Below, in pieces: positions 1 to 9,772 of a stretch of 64,000 nucleotides of DNA. The stretch spans positions 742,509 to 806,508 of the forward strand of contig CAZQUL010000001.1 of assembly GCA_964596525.1 (NCBI GenBank). Direction: 5' to 3'. Below the pieces are notes generated by a model, which ran no database searches, was not told the DNA's origin, and was given only the letters and a program-made list of their open reading frames with translations. The DNA is from an uncultured Gammaproteobacteria bacterium (lineage in GTDB: Bacteria; Patescibacteriota; Patescibacteriia; Magasanikbacterales; GWA2-37-8). The stretch's first letter is position 1, and every line of letters starts with the position of its first letter. Made by a program: the position numbers and the translations under genes.

Positions 1-2
1 TG

Positions 3-1274
3 GATGGGATGCGTAACGTGCTCGCGTTGGCGCGTAAAACCGGTGCGCGCGTACTCTTTACCTCCACCTCCGAAGTATACGGTGATCCGCTTGAGCATCC
101 GCAGAAAGAAACGTATTTTGGTAACGTTGATCCGCTTGGCAAGCGGGCATGTTATGACGAAGGCAAACGGGCAGCTGAAACGCTTGCTAAAGACTATGCC
201 GAACAGTACGGCGTGGATGCCCGCATCGTGCGCCTGTTTAACGTGTACGGCCCGCGCATGATGGTGAGTGATGGCCGGGTCCTCTCCAATTTCATCGTGC
301 AGGCGACGCTTGGCAAGCCGATTACCGTCTTTGGCGACGGAGAGCAGACGCGCAGTTTTTGCTATGTGGACGATATCGTTGAAGCATTGGTGCGTACTAT
401 GGAGCATGGCGAGCTTGATTATCATCCGGTCAACTTGGGCAACCCTGACGAGCGCAGTATTAATAACTTGGCCGAGCTTGTCAAAGAAGCGATCGGCTCG
501 ACATCCGCTATCACACGCGTACCGCTTACAAGCGTGCCCGGGCGGTTGGGCGATCCGCAGCAGCGCTGCCCGGATATTACCCGGGCGAAAACCGTGCTTG
601 GGTGGCAGCCGACCACATCGTTTAAGGACGGTTTAGCCAAGACGCTGGCAGATTTTAAGGTTCGTTTAGAGGTCAAGCCGCGCGTGGCGGTTTTTGTACC
701 CGAGTTTGGCGCTCGTACTGGTCCGGCCGAAGCGCGCATGCGACAGATTATTGATCGGCTTAAGGAATGGCATTTCGATATATATACGGCCCGGCTCGCC
801 GCGGCAGATGCGGAGCGTGAAGAAGGGGATGGTATGACTATCATCCGCTTAGGGCGGGGGATCAAGCTCGATAAGTATCTTTTTCCATGGCGGGCGGCGG
901 TTGCCGCTCGTCGTAACCAGGCAGTCAACGGCTATCGCTTTTCGTGGGCCGTGATGGCGAGTTATGGTGCGCTCGCCGCGGCACTTTTTTCTCGCCTTGC
1001 GCCCGAAAAAGTGCCGTTCGTAGTGAGTGTCTTCGAGAATGCTGACGTGGAGAGTTTGGTTCGCCAAGGCAGGCTGAAACGGTGGTTGCATCGCTTTATA
1101 TTCAAGAGCGCGCACCGCTGGCAACTACTCAGCCCGATGCCCGAAGCTGAAAAAGCCTGGCTTGAGAATGAAGCTCGTTTCCAGGTGGTGAACGATCCGG
1201 AAAACGCCGATCTTTTGGCCAAGCGGACGAACGAACTCTTTAATGAATTGGAAATACTCGCGGCGCGTTTGTAA
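3..1274 (+). CDS. UDP-glucuronate decarboxylase (UXS-like SDR) fused to a C-terminal GT4 N-domain-like region; 5' end lies outside the window
   Basis: TSTSEVYGDP, YDEGKR (YxxxK), RLFNVYGPRM, DGRVLSNFIVQA and QTRSFCYVDD are UXS motifs. After ~aa 220 the sequence resembles a GT-B N-terminal domain. The frame is open to the window start. Confidence 0.85.
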   Translation, partial: DGMRNVLALARKTGARVLFTSTSEVYGDPLEHPQKETYFGNVDPLGKRACYDEGKRAAETLAKDYAEQYGVDARIVRLFNVYGPRMMVSDGRVLSNFIVQATLGKPITVFGDGEQTRSFCYVDDIVEALVRTMEHGELDYHPVNLGNPDERSINNLAELVKEAIGSTSAITRVPLTSVPGRLGDPQQRCPDITRAKTVLGWQPTTSFKDGLAKTLADFKVRLEVKPRVAVFVPEFGARTGPAEARMRQIIDRLKEWHFDIYTARLAAADAEREEGDGMTIIRLGRGIKLDKYLFPWRAAVAARRNQAVNGYRFSWAVMASYGALAAALFSRLAPEKVPFVVSVFENADVESLVRQGRLKRWLHRFIFKSAHRWQLLSPMPEAEKAWLENEARFQVVNDPENADLLAKRTNELFNELEILAARL

Positions 1275-1304
1275 CGCGCCGCTTGTTTTTAATATTTTTT
1301 TGCT

Positions 1305-1415
1305 TGTCATTCCGAGCGTAGCCGAGGAATCCCTTAAACTCTAAGTAAAGCGATTTCCTCCTTGGAGGATTCTAAACCCCCGTTTCACTCCTGCGTCGCT
1401 CTAGTTGCAATGATA
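1305..1415. repeat. Degenerate TGTC/CGTC-tagged REP-like palindromic element
   Basis: Starts TGTCATTCCGAGCGTAGCCGAGGAATCCCTT, nearly identical to the 2547 copy; right end degenerate (GCAATGATA). Confidence 0.7.
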
Positions 1416-1428
1416 GGCATTCTTCTGT

Positions 1429-2472
1429 TTAGAAGAATGGCGTGAGGATGTCTTTGTTTTTTTTAAGCCAGTCGTTGAGCTGGCGGATGCCGGTTTTGGT
1501 ATCAATCTTCGGTTCCCAGCCAAGATCTTCTTTGAGCTTGCGGATATCGGCAACGAAGATGGGTTGGTCACCGGGGCGCGTAGCGGCGGAAGCGAGGTTA
1601 AGCGTATAACCAAGGTCGGTTTTAAGATACTCGATGAGTTCGGCGAGGGAGATAGTGTTTCCCGGGCCGCCACCGACGTTATAGGCATGACCGTTCACAC
1701 GATCGATGTTGGCGAGTGCCAGGTCGTAGAGCCTTGCCAAATCCGTAGCGAAAAGAATATCGCGGACCTGTTTACCTGTGCCGTAGATGGTGATTTTTTT
1801 GCCAAGGAGGGCGGCGATGGAGAACCAGGCAACCCAGCCCTGGTCTTCGACACCAAACTGGTGTTCGCCGTAGATGCAGGATTGGCGGAAGACGACGGTT
1901 TTGAGGCCGTAGATGCGGCTGTAATCGATGACGTACTGGTCGGCCGCGCCCTTGGAACAGCCGTAAGGGGAATGGAAATCGAGCGCTTGGGTTTCGGGGA
2001 CGCCGTAGGTGCGGTACGCGTCGTCGTTGAATTCGTAGCGCGTCGGCGTTTCGCGGACCGTATAGTGTTCGAGCGCGCCGTAGACTTTGTTGGTGGAAGA
2101 ATAGATAAGCGGCGGTTTTTTACTGCTGGTGCGCACGGCTTCGAGTACGTTAAAGGTGCCGAGGATGTTGTTTTCGAAGTCACTTCTTGGGTCGGTGATG
2201 GAAGTGGTAACCGCCACTTGCGCGGCTAAGTGCAGCACGGCATCGTGTTCGTTGGCGAGGGCGCGGAGCTTGTCGAGGTCGGTGCGGATATCACCTCGCA
2301 CGATAGTAACGGCGCTGGGAAAGGCGTTCGTGATGTAGGTTTCATTCAAGTCCGTTCCTTTGCGCGAGAAATTATCAAACAGCGTGACATTCCAGCCTTT
2401 GTTGATGAAATGTTCGGCAGCATTGACGCCGATAAAACCGGCGCCGCCGGTGATGAGAAGACGTTGTGGCAT
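1429..2472 (-). CDS. rfbE: CDP-paratose 2-epimerase (tyvelose synthesis)-like extended SDR
   Basis: LITGGAGFIG, HLAAQVAVTTS, YSSTNKVYG, SPYGCSKGAADQY, FGVEDQGWVAWF. Start placed at MPQRLL. Confidence 0.85.
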   Translation of the reverse strand: MPQRLLITGGAGFIGVNAAEHFINKGWNVTLFDNFSRKGTDLNETYITNAFPSAVTIVRGDIRTDLDKLRALANEHDAVLHLAAQVAVTTSITDPRSDFENNILGTFNVLEAVRTSSKKPPLIYSSTNKVYGALEHYTVRETPTRYEFNDDAYRTYGVPETQALDFHSPYGCSKGAADQYVIDYSRIYGLKTVVFRQSCIYGEHQFGVEDQGWVAWFSIAALLGKKITIYGTGKQVRDILFATDLARLYDLALANIDRVNGHAYNVGGGPGNTISLAELIEYLKTDLGYTLNLASAATRPGDQPIFVADIRKLKEDLGWEPKIDTKTGIRQLNDWLKKNKDILTPFF

Positions 2473-2546
2473 ACGCGCTAGATTACTAGACATAAAGTGT
2501 AATTTGCGGTATTCTAGCATAAAAAAGAGCTTGTGCAACTACCCGT

Positions 2547-2635
2547 TGTCATTCCGAGCGCAGTCGAGGAATCCCTTGAGTCAGGGTTAAGCGATTCCTC
2601 CGCTACGCTCCTACGTCGCTCCGGTCGGAATGACA
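2547..2635. repeat. TGTC-tagged REP-like palindromic element
   Basis: Perfect 11-bp terminal inverted repeats TGTCATTCCGA...TCGGAATGACA with an internal GAGGAATC/GATTCCTC stem. Confidence 0.85.
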
Positions 2636-2673
2636 GAATTATTATAGAAATTGGGAAGTCGAGAATTCATCCT

Positions 2674-3786
2674 ATGGCTACCTTTGACCATAACCTTATC
2701 TATGTTTCGCCGTATTTCAACCCGCGGGTCGCGTCGGGAGCGAATCGGCGATTTAACGAAATCGGGAAGCGGCTTTTGGCGGATTTCGGTGACCGGTTTA
2801 CGCTTGTCGTGAGTAAAGGCGCGGTGCCGGAATGGTGGGCGGGTAAGAATCTGCGCGAGGTTGATTATGATTTCAATCATCGTACCAAGTTCCGTGCGGT
2901 CCGCGAAATTGCGGCCGTTCTCGATGCGGCTCCCGCGTCGCAGGTCATCATCGAATCAATTCCCATTCCGTTTAAAGCGCTCAAGCGGCACCAGCATCTC
3001 CAGGTGGCGTACGATTTCCGCTATTTTTATCCGTTCAGCAAGAGTTGGTTGTATCGGTTGTTGTTTTCGCAGTACCTTAAATACGAGTGGCGCACGTCGG
3101 AATTCATGCTGACGTGCAGCGAGTTTTCCATCCAGGAGCTCGAACGTCATGTCGGGTATCCGCGCGACCGGGTGGTGAAGAGCTTTTTCGGCATCAATGG
3201 GCAGATTTTTGCGGTGCCGCATCGGCCGCTTGGCGAGAAAGAATACGATCTCATCTATGTCGGCCATTTCGATGGACATAAAAACCATGCCCCACTCATC
3301 GACGCGCTCGGTTTGATGGATAAAAACCTTAAAGTCCTCTTTATCGGTGTCGATAACGGGCTTAAATCTGCACTTCAAGAACGCGCTACGGGTTTGGGGC
3401 TCACGAATATTTCCTGGCTTACTGTGCGTGACGAACGGGAAGTATGGAATTTTTATACTAAAAGCAAGGTATTCGTTTCACCATCGTTGTACGAAGGGTT
3501 CGGTATGCCAACCATCGAAGCGCTCGCCCTCGGACTTCCGGTTGTGCTTTCCGATATTCCGGTTTTTCACGAAGTGGGTGGCACGCTCGCGACCTACTTT
3601 AATCCACATGATCCGTCTGATATCGCGGCCAAACTTACTGCCGCTCTTAAAAATCCGACGCCGCCTGCGTCCGACCAGGTTAAACAAACGCTCGCACCGT
3701 TTTTGTGGGGCGAGATTTACCGCACGTTCGTACTCGATTTGGAACGGCTCTGGAAGAACCGTCGGGCGGAACTCAAATCTTCTTAA
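2674..3786 (+). CDS. Glycosyltransferase family 4 (MtfB-like)
   Basis: VSPSLYEGFGMPTIEALALGLPVVLSDIPVFHEV (EX7E motif). Confidence 0.9.
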   Translation: MATFDHNLIYVSPYFNPRVASGANRRFNEIGKRLLADFGDRFTLVVSKGAVPEWWAGKNLREVDYDFNHRTKFRAVREIAAVLDAAPASQVIIESIPIPFKALKRHQHLQVAYDFRYFYPFSKSWLYRLLFSQYLKYEWRTSEFMLTCSEFSIQELERHVGYPRDRVVKSFFGINGQIFAVPHRPLGEKEYDLIYVGHFDGHKNHAPLIDALGLMDKNLKVLFIGVDNGLKSALQERATGLGLTNISWLTVRDEREVWNFYTKSKVFVSPSLYEGFGMPTIEALALGLPVVLSDIPVFHEVGGTLATYFNPHDPSDIAAKLTAALKNPTPPASDQVKQTLAPFLWGEIYRTFVLDLERLWKNRRAELKSS

Positions 3787-3788
3787 AT

Positions 3789-6047
3789 ATGGCGCGCATC
3801 GTTTTGGCTACGGGCGTGTATCCGCCCGATATTGGCGGACCATCCACCTACGTGAAAAAACTCGCCGTACTGCTTAAAGAAGCCGGTCATGCGGTCACAA
3901 TCGTACATTTCGCGGCCACGACGCGAGAGTATGATGACGCTGGAATCCGGGTCTATGCCGTTGGTCGTGACCAGAACGTCGCGGGGCGGTACTTCGGTTT
4001 TTTTAAACGTTTGTGGACGCTCAGCGGAGAAATCGATCTCCTCTACGCATTCGATATCGTCAGCGTCGGCATTCCCGCGGCCCTCGTACGGTTCTTTAAG
4101 CCACGGCTTACATTGGTCGCTCGTCTCGGCGGGGATTTTTTGTGGGAAAAAGCTTTTAATAACGGTTGGACTACGGCCGCGCTTTCAACGTATTTTTCGG
4201 AATCAAAAAACGGGTATGAGCGCCTCATGATGTTCCTTAACCGCACGATACTACGCCAGGCGGACGGCCTCATCTTTTCTACGGCCTGGCAAAAAGAATT
4301 GTACGAGAAAACCTTCGGTGCGGTGCCGGGTGTCTCTACGGTTATCGAAAATGCGGTGCCGCGCAGTACTGCTGCTATGGCTGATTCAGCCCCGAAAGAG
4401 TATCTCGATGTGGTGTTCGCTGGACGGTTCATAAAACTTAAGAATTTATCGCTTCTCATCGCGGCTGTGGCCGAGGTGCCGGGAGCGCGCCTCACGCTCA
4501 TTGGCACTGGACCCGATGAAGAACGTTTGAAAAATGAAGTGCGTACCCGCGGACTCGAAAACCGGGTGACGTGGGTGGCGACTCTTCCGCACGATGAACT
4601 CCAAGAGCGCGTCCGGGCGGCCGGTGTCGTGGTCGTGCCGTCTATCAGCGAGATCAGTCCGAACGTTGTGTTTGAGGCAATTTCGCAGGGCGTGCCAGTC
4701 CTTGTGACGCGCGAAACCGGTATCAATGAAGAACTTAAAAAAGTGTTGATGACGTTTGATCCGTTCAACAAAGAAGAACTTCGCGCCGCACTCATGCGCC
4801 TCACTGATCCGGAAGCGTATCGGCAGTATCGCGATGCGGTGCGCGGCATAACGCAAAGCCGTGGTTGGGTCGATGTGGCACGCGATCATGAAACGTATTT
4901 CAGTGCGTTGCTTGCCAAAACCGCTACCCAGACATCTCGTTTTTTATTTATCGGTAACGATAAAAACGCTCTGTACGAAGGTAGTGCGGTTGGCAAACGT
5001 ATGCAAGCATATTTTCCCGATCAGCTGGTCGATAGTTTGGTGCTGGCCGAAGCGCGTACCGCACCCTTTGAGCGTCCTGATGGAACCGTGCGGGTCATCT
5101 ATCGCGGTGGCGTAACCAAACTCGTTAACTTTCTGCGTTCGCTGTGGTGGGTTGCAGTGAGTTCAAGAAAAAATACCTATACGCTCGTGTGCACGCAAGA
5201 CGTGCTGTTTTCCGGTTTGCTCGGCGCCTTTGCTGCTCGTCTGCGCCGTCTGCCGCTCATCGTACAGGTGCATGGCGACTACGTGGATAATCCACTCTGG
5301 ATCAAGCAGCGAAAACTCAACCGCCTGCTTAACCGTACGGCGAAATGGGTGATCAGGCAGGCAACGGCGGTACGCGTCGTGAGCGAACGTTTGCGGCAGA
5401 GTTACATCCGCGATTTTGGTATCGCGCCGGAACGCGTGGTGTCCATCCCCATCGGTGTCGACTTGTCCACGTTTTTGGCTGCTCCTGAGCCAGCGCAGCG
5501 TGAACCGATCATCGTTTTTATCGGGCGTTTGATTGAAGAAAAATCGCCCTTGTTATTCGCGCGCGCGGCTGGAAGCGTCCTTAAAAAATATGGTACGGTA
5601 CGAGCAGTTGTCATCGGGGAAGGGCATTTGAAAGCCGAGATGCAACGGTATTTTACCGAACTTGGCGTTGCCGAGCGTGTGGCGTTTACCGGTTTCATTC
5701 CCGCGGCGGAAATTGCCGGTTGGTGCGTGCGTTCGCGCGTCCTTGTGCATACTGCGGCCTGGGAAGGGTGGGGGATGCCGATGATCGAAGCAATGGCCGC
5801 TGGTTGCCCGGTCGTAACCACCGATTCGGGGTGTGCCGGCGAAGCAGTGAGAAATGGTGATAACGGCGTGGTAGTGCCGGTTGATGACGAAGCAGGGCTC
5901 ATCCTGGGCATCGAAAAACTTTTGAATGATGATGTGACGTGGAAAACCTATTCCGAACGGTCGCGGATCGAAGCTAAGAAATGGTCCTTTGATGAACTTA
6001 AGAAACAATTTGCAACTTTGTGTAGTCGCTATGCCAAAACAACATAA
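3789..6047 (+). CDS. Tandem double GT4 glycosyltransferase
   Basis: Two GT-B modules with motifs EISPNVVFEA and EGWGMPMIEAMAAG; N-terminal YPPDIGGP. Confidence 0.9.
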   Translation: MARIVLATGVYPPDIGGPSTYVKKLAVLLKEAGHAVTIVHFAATTREYDDAGIRVYAVGRDQNVAGRYFGFFKRLWTLSGEIDLLYAFDIVSVGIPAALVRFFKPRLTLVARLGGDFLWEKAFNNGWTTAALSTYFSESKNGYERLMMFLNRTILRQADGLIFSTAWQKELYEKTFGAVPGVSTVIENAVPRSTAAMADSAPKEYLDVVFAGRFIKLKNLSLLIAAVAEVPGARLTLIGTGPDEERLKNEVRTRGLENRVTWVATLPHDELQERVRAAGVVVVPSISEISPNVVFEAISQGVPVLVTRETGINEELKKVLMTFDPFNKEELRAALMRLTDPEAYRQYRDAVRGITQSRGWVDVARDHETYFSALLAKTATQTSRFLFIGNDKNALYEGSAVGKRMQAYFPDQLVDSLVLAEARTAPFERPDGTVRVIYRGGVTKLVNFLRSLWWVAVSSRKNTYTLVCTQDVLFSGLLGAFAARLRRLPLIVQVHGDYVDNPLWIKQRKLNRLLNRTAKWVIRQATAVRVVSERLRQSYIRDFGIAPERVVSIPIGVDLSTFLAAPEPAQREPIIVFIGRLIEEKSPLLFARAAGSVLKKYGTVRAVVIGEGHLKAEMQRYFTELGVAERVAFTGFIPAAEIAGWCVRSRVLVHTAAWEGWGMPMIEAMAAGCPVVTTDSGCAGEAVRNGDNGVVVPVDDEAGLILGIEKLLNDDVTWKTYSERSRIEAKKWSFDELKKQFATLCSRYAKTT

Positions 6048-6984
6048 TATTCTGGTTACCGGCGTTGGTGGTCCGGCGGGCGTAAACGCCGTTCGTTTGC
6101 TTCAGGAATTCAAGAATAAGGTCGGTATTTTTGGCGTGGATTCGGGTGCATTGTCGGCGGGCCGCGCGTTTACCGATGATTTTACGACTATCGCCCTGGT
6201 GTCGGACAAAGAGCAGTACCGCACCGATCTCCTAGCCTGTATCAAGCGGTGGAATATCACCTGCATCGTTCCGACCGTGAGCGAAGAGCTCGTTCATATC
6301 CACGATGTCTTGAAAGACGTGCTGGTAACGATTATCGCCTCGCCGCGTGAAACGCTCGAACTCTGTCATGATAAACGGAAGCTCTACGAATTCATGTCTG
6401 CGCGTCTGCCAAACGCAATGGTGAAATGGCAGACCCTCGAAAAACCGCTCGCGTTTGCTGCTCCGGAGTATTTCCTCAAACCGGCGATGGGGCGCGGCGG
6501 ACGGGGGTGTAGAAAAGTAGCGGCCGAGGCGCTCAAGAACGAACTGCCCTTCATCGAGAATCCGGAAACATGGATCGCGATGGAAGTTCTCTCGGGCGTG
6601 GAATGGACTGTGGATGCCTACATCACAGCACAAGGCGCGGTGCGCTTCATCGTGCCGCGGGAACGCCTTGCACTTTCGGGCGGTATTTCGCAGAAGGGGA
6701 GAACGGTGCATTATGCGCCGGTCATCGAACGCACTAAAGAAGTGCTGGCCATCCTTCCCTTGCGTGGTCCGGTCTGCCTGCAGTGGAAAGCTGATGCCGC
6801 AGGTAACGTGAAGCAGGTTGAAATCAACCCGCGGCTCTCAGGCGGCGTGAGTATTACGGCTCGAGCTGGCGCCAATCCGCTCCGCTGCATCGTAGACGAG
6901 TTAGAAGGTAATGCAGCAATTCCGATCGAGTACCAAGATATCACCGTTGTGCGCTACTTTGAGGATGTAGTCATTCCTACCTAA
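6031..6984 (+). CDS. ATP-grasp domain protein (carbamoyl-phosphate synthase-like, glycan-associated)
   Basis: ILVTGVGG, DKRKLYEF, FLKPAMGRGGRG, VEINPRLSGG. Confidence 0.85.
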   Translation: MPKQHNILVTGVGGPAGVNAVRLLQEFKNKVGIFGVDSGALSAGRAFTDDFTTIALVSDKEQYRTDLLACIKRWNITCIVPTVSEELVHIHDVLKDVLVTIIASPRETLELCHDKRKLYEFMSARLPNAMVKWQTLEKPLAFAAPEYFLKPAMGRGGRGCRKVAAEALKNELPFIENPETWIAMEVLSGVEWTVDAYITAQGAVRFIVPRERLALSGGISQKGRTVHYAPVIERTKEVLAILPLRGPVCLQWKADAAGNVKQVEINPRLSGGVSITARAGANPLRCIVDELEGNAAIPIEYQDITVVRYFEDVVIPT

Positions 6985-7007
6985 TCTTACTTCTTTCTTT
7001 TACGCAT

Positions 7008-7607
7008 ATGAATATCGTCGCGATTGGTGCTCACCCGGATGATGTAGAGCTCGGAGCTGGTGGAGCGCTCGCTCGGCATAAGGCCGCGGGTGACCGGATT
7101 ACCATCATTACCCTTACGGCCGGAGAGCAGGGTGGTGCGCCAGCTGATGTGCGTGTGCGCGAAGCCGAGGCTGCAGCGCGCGTGCTCGGCGCTGAGTACA
7201 TCAATCTCGGATTCAAGGATACGGCCATTCCATCCACGTCTGAGCCGCTCTTTGCACTCGAAGAATGTATTAAAAAGTGTGCGCCCGACCGCGTATACAT
7301 TCCATTCCAGCACGAAATCCACCAGGACCATCGCCGTACGTTCGAGGTGGCCATAAGCGCCTGCCGCAACGTGCCGCAGATCCTCATGTACGAAGGTCCG
7401 AGCACGTTTCCGGATTTTAAAGTCGATTTTTGGATCGATATTAAAGACCATATCAAAGCCAAACTCAAAGCCATCGAATGCCATGCGAGCCAGGGTGAGA
7501 AGGAAATCCTCAAGCTCGAGGCCGTGCAGGGGCTCAACCGCGCGCGCGGCTACCAAGCCCGTACTCAGTATGCCGAAGGATTCGCGATTTTTCGGTTCAT
7601 TGAATAA
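7008..7607 (+). CDS. PIG-L/LmbE family N-deacetylase
   Basis: AHPDDVELG and HQDH metal-binding motifs. Confidence 0.92.
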   Translation: MNIVAIGAHPDDVELGAGGALARHKAAGDRITIITLTAGEQGGAPADVRVREAEAAARVLGAEYINLGFKDTAIPSTSEPLFALEECIKKCAPDRVYIPFQHEIHQDHRRTFEVAISACRNVPQILMYEGPSTFPDFKVDFWIDIKDHIKAKLKAIECHASQGEKEILKLEAVQGLNRARGYQARTQYAEGFAIFRFIE

Positions 7608-7610
7608 CGT

Positions 7611-8702
7611 ATGAGTAGCCGGGAAAAACTCGTCTATCTTTTGCCGGTGTTTGATGCGGCGACCGATACGCACCATCGCCATCTGTACGACATGATCGAA
7701 GAGCTTGGGGAACGTTTCGAGCTCGTGGTTATCGTGGAGCGGGGGAGTAAGGCGGAGTTTAAGAATGTCGTCGAAACCGTCCTACTTCCGCCCTCTGGCA
7801 TACGACGGATGTTAAAGTTATGGCAGACACTTCGCAGCTTACGACGGCGGGGTTTTTCCAAACTCTATGTGCATTATTCATATCCTGGCGTCATCGTCGG
7901 TCGGGTGGCTGGTATGCGGATCTGGTACTGGAATTGCGGTCAAGCTTGGCTGTTCCCATCGTTCTCCAACCGGTATGTATTGAAAGCGGTTATACGTTTA
8001 GCGCACACGCTCGTTACGGGTACTAATTTTATGGCGCGCGGTTACTCTACGCACTATGGCATGCCGATGGATCGTATTGCGGTTATGCCGAACTGGATTC
8101 GCGTAGCCGAATGGGCAGCAGCGGACAAAGATCAGACTGAAGAGAAACGGCTTGCGCTCGGTATCCGTTCTGATGAAAAAGTTGCTCTATTTGTCCATCG
8201 CCTGGCGCCGCGTAAAGGAACGCGCCATCTCCCCGAAATATGGTCGGGAATATTAACTGATCAAAAAGTCCATCTCGTTATCGCGGGTGACGGCCCAGAT
8301 CGCGCCTGGCTTGAAAATGAACGTGCTAAGTCGCCGCTTAAAGATCGCATCCATTTTCTTGGTGCGGTCAATAACAAGAAAATGCCGCCGCTTTTCCATC
8401 TTTCCGATGTGTTCATTATGCCATCGCTAGAGGAGGGTTTTCCGCGCTCTGCGCTTGAAGCGATGGCAACCGGCGTGCCGATAGTGGCGTTTGATACCGG
8501 GGGTCTTGAAGAAATTCTGCCGCCCGAGAATATGCCCTTCATATATCCTGTTGGACAGTGCGCGCTATTTATCGAAGGCGTAAAGAAAATCCTTGCGTCA
8601 CGCGAGGTTGTGCGTGCTGAAGTTTTACAACAACAAGCTGCGCGCTTCGATCTTTTGAGCGTCGTAAAAATTTTTGCGAACCTTTTGCAGGAAAAAATAT
8701 GA
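7611..8702 (+). CDS. Glycosyltransferase family 4
   Basis: MPSLEEGFPRSALEAMATGVPIV. Confidence 0.9.
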   Translation: MSSREKLVYLLPVFDAATDTHHRHLYDMIEELGERFELVVIVERGSKAEFKNVVETVLLPPSGIRRMLKLWQTLRSLRRRGFSKLYVHYSYPGVIVGRVAGMRIWYWNCGQAWLFPSFSNRYVLKAVIRLAHTLVTGTNFMARGYSTHYGMPMDRIAVMPNWIRVAEWAAADKDQTEEKRLALGIRSDEKVALFVHRLAPRKGTRHLPEIWSGILTDQKVHLVIAGDGPDRAWLENERAKSPLKDRIHFLGAVNNKKMPPLFHLSDVFIMPSLEEGFPRSALEAMATGVPIVAFDTGGLEEILPPENMPFIYPVGQCALFIEGVKKILASREVVRAEVLQQQAARFDLLSVVKIFANLLQEKI

Positions 8703-9772
8703 ATCCCATTGCTGCCGCTTCGCGCCGGTACGATTCCATCGATGCATTGCGGGCGGTTGCGGTTATTTTGGTAATGCTTTATCACTACACAGCACGGTTC
8801 GAGACTGATTATGTAAACATGGATTATCAAGGATTTCAGTTTTCCTTCGGAAAATACGGAGTCCAACTTTTTTTTATTTTGAGCGGATACTGTATTTTTT
8901 TGACCCTCGCTAAAAGTGAAAGCATTATTGATTTTTTAGCCCGCAGATTAGCCCGTCTTTACCCGGCTCTTCTCGTGTGCGCAACGGTTACTTTCATCGC
9001 CGGACACGTCTTCTTGCTCCCGGGGCGGACGGTAAGTTTGGCGCAGTATTTTAGCAATATTTTGTTCCTTTTCCCCCTTACTGAGAACTACGTTGATACC
9101 GCCTATTGGAGTCTTACTGTAGAAGTAAAATATTATTTCCTGCTCGCCCTTATATTTTATCTCAAAAAAGATAAAGTCCTCGGAATGTGGGGCTATTTTA
9201 CGACGCTTGGTTTTGGTGTGTGGATAGCGAGCCTGCTGCTGCCGCTATTCGGTTTGCCCGGGGAGCATTTTTTGGCAATGCTTCTTAATCGCGTTTTTAT
9301 CTTTCCTCATTCACTATGGTTTCTGGTTGGTATGGCATTGTACAGTCGAGAAAAAGCCCCGTTGGGCAATTCCATATTTTTCCTTGCCGTGCCGGTGTTT
9401 TATCTGGCGATCCGTTTCTTTGCCGGAAATCAGGAACAGGCGATTGCAATCGGTCTGCTAAGTATTTTAGGTAGTATTGGAATCTTGGCTAAAGACGTGG
9501 TTGTTCCAAAGCCGCTTGTCTTCGTGGGCCTTATCAGTTACCCTCTATATCTCATTCACCAAAATGTCGGACTCATCTTGTTGCGCTCGCTCCCATTTGT
9601 CCCGCCGGTTCCCCGGATACTTATTGTTTCGGCGGTGCTTATTGCTTTTGCCGCTCTGGTGTATTGTTTTATTGAAGAAAAATATCGTCGGAAATGTGTG
9701 TCGTATTGTACGTCGCTTTTGGTTTTCTGTAGGGATTTATCGTTTAAGCTTAAGGAATACCTGTCTGTATGA
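8699..9772 (+). CDS. Acyltransferase-3 (OafA-like O-acyltransferase)
   Basis: IDALRAVAVILVMLYH, GVQLFFILSGY, YWSLTVEVKYY, GLISYPLYLIH; multiple TM helices. Confidence 0.92.
   Translation: MNPIAAASRRYDSIDALRAVAVILVMLYHYTARFETDYVNMDYQGFQFSFGKYGVQLFFILSGYCIFLTLAKSESIIDFLARRLARLYPALLVCATVTFIAGHVFLLPGRTVSLAQYFSNILFLFPLTENYVDTAYWSLTVEVKYYFLLALIFYLKKDKVLGMWGYFTTLGFGVWIASLLLPLFGLPGEHFLAMLLNRVFIFPHSLWFLVGMALYSREKAPLGNSIFFLAVPVFYLAIRFFAGNQEQAIAIGLLSILGSIGILAKDVVVPKPLVFVGLISYPLYLIHQNVGLILLRSLPFVPPVPRILIVSAVLIAFAALVYCFIEEKYRRKCVSYCTSLLVFCRDLSFKLKEYLSV

Noticed and set aside
2533-2673. N-terminal extension of the GT4 ORF translated through the REP element
   Set aside because: A better TATG start exists at 2674; the extension is just the repeat read in frame
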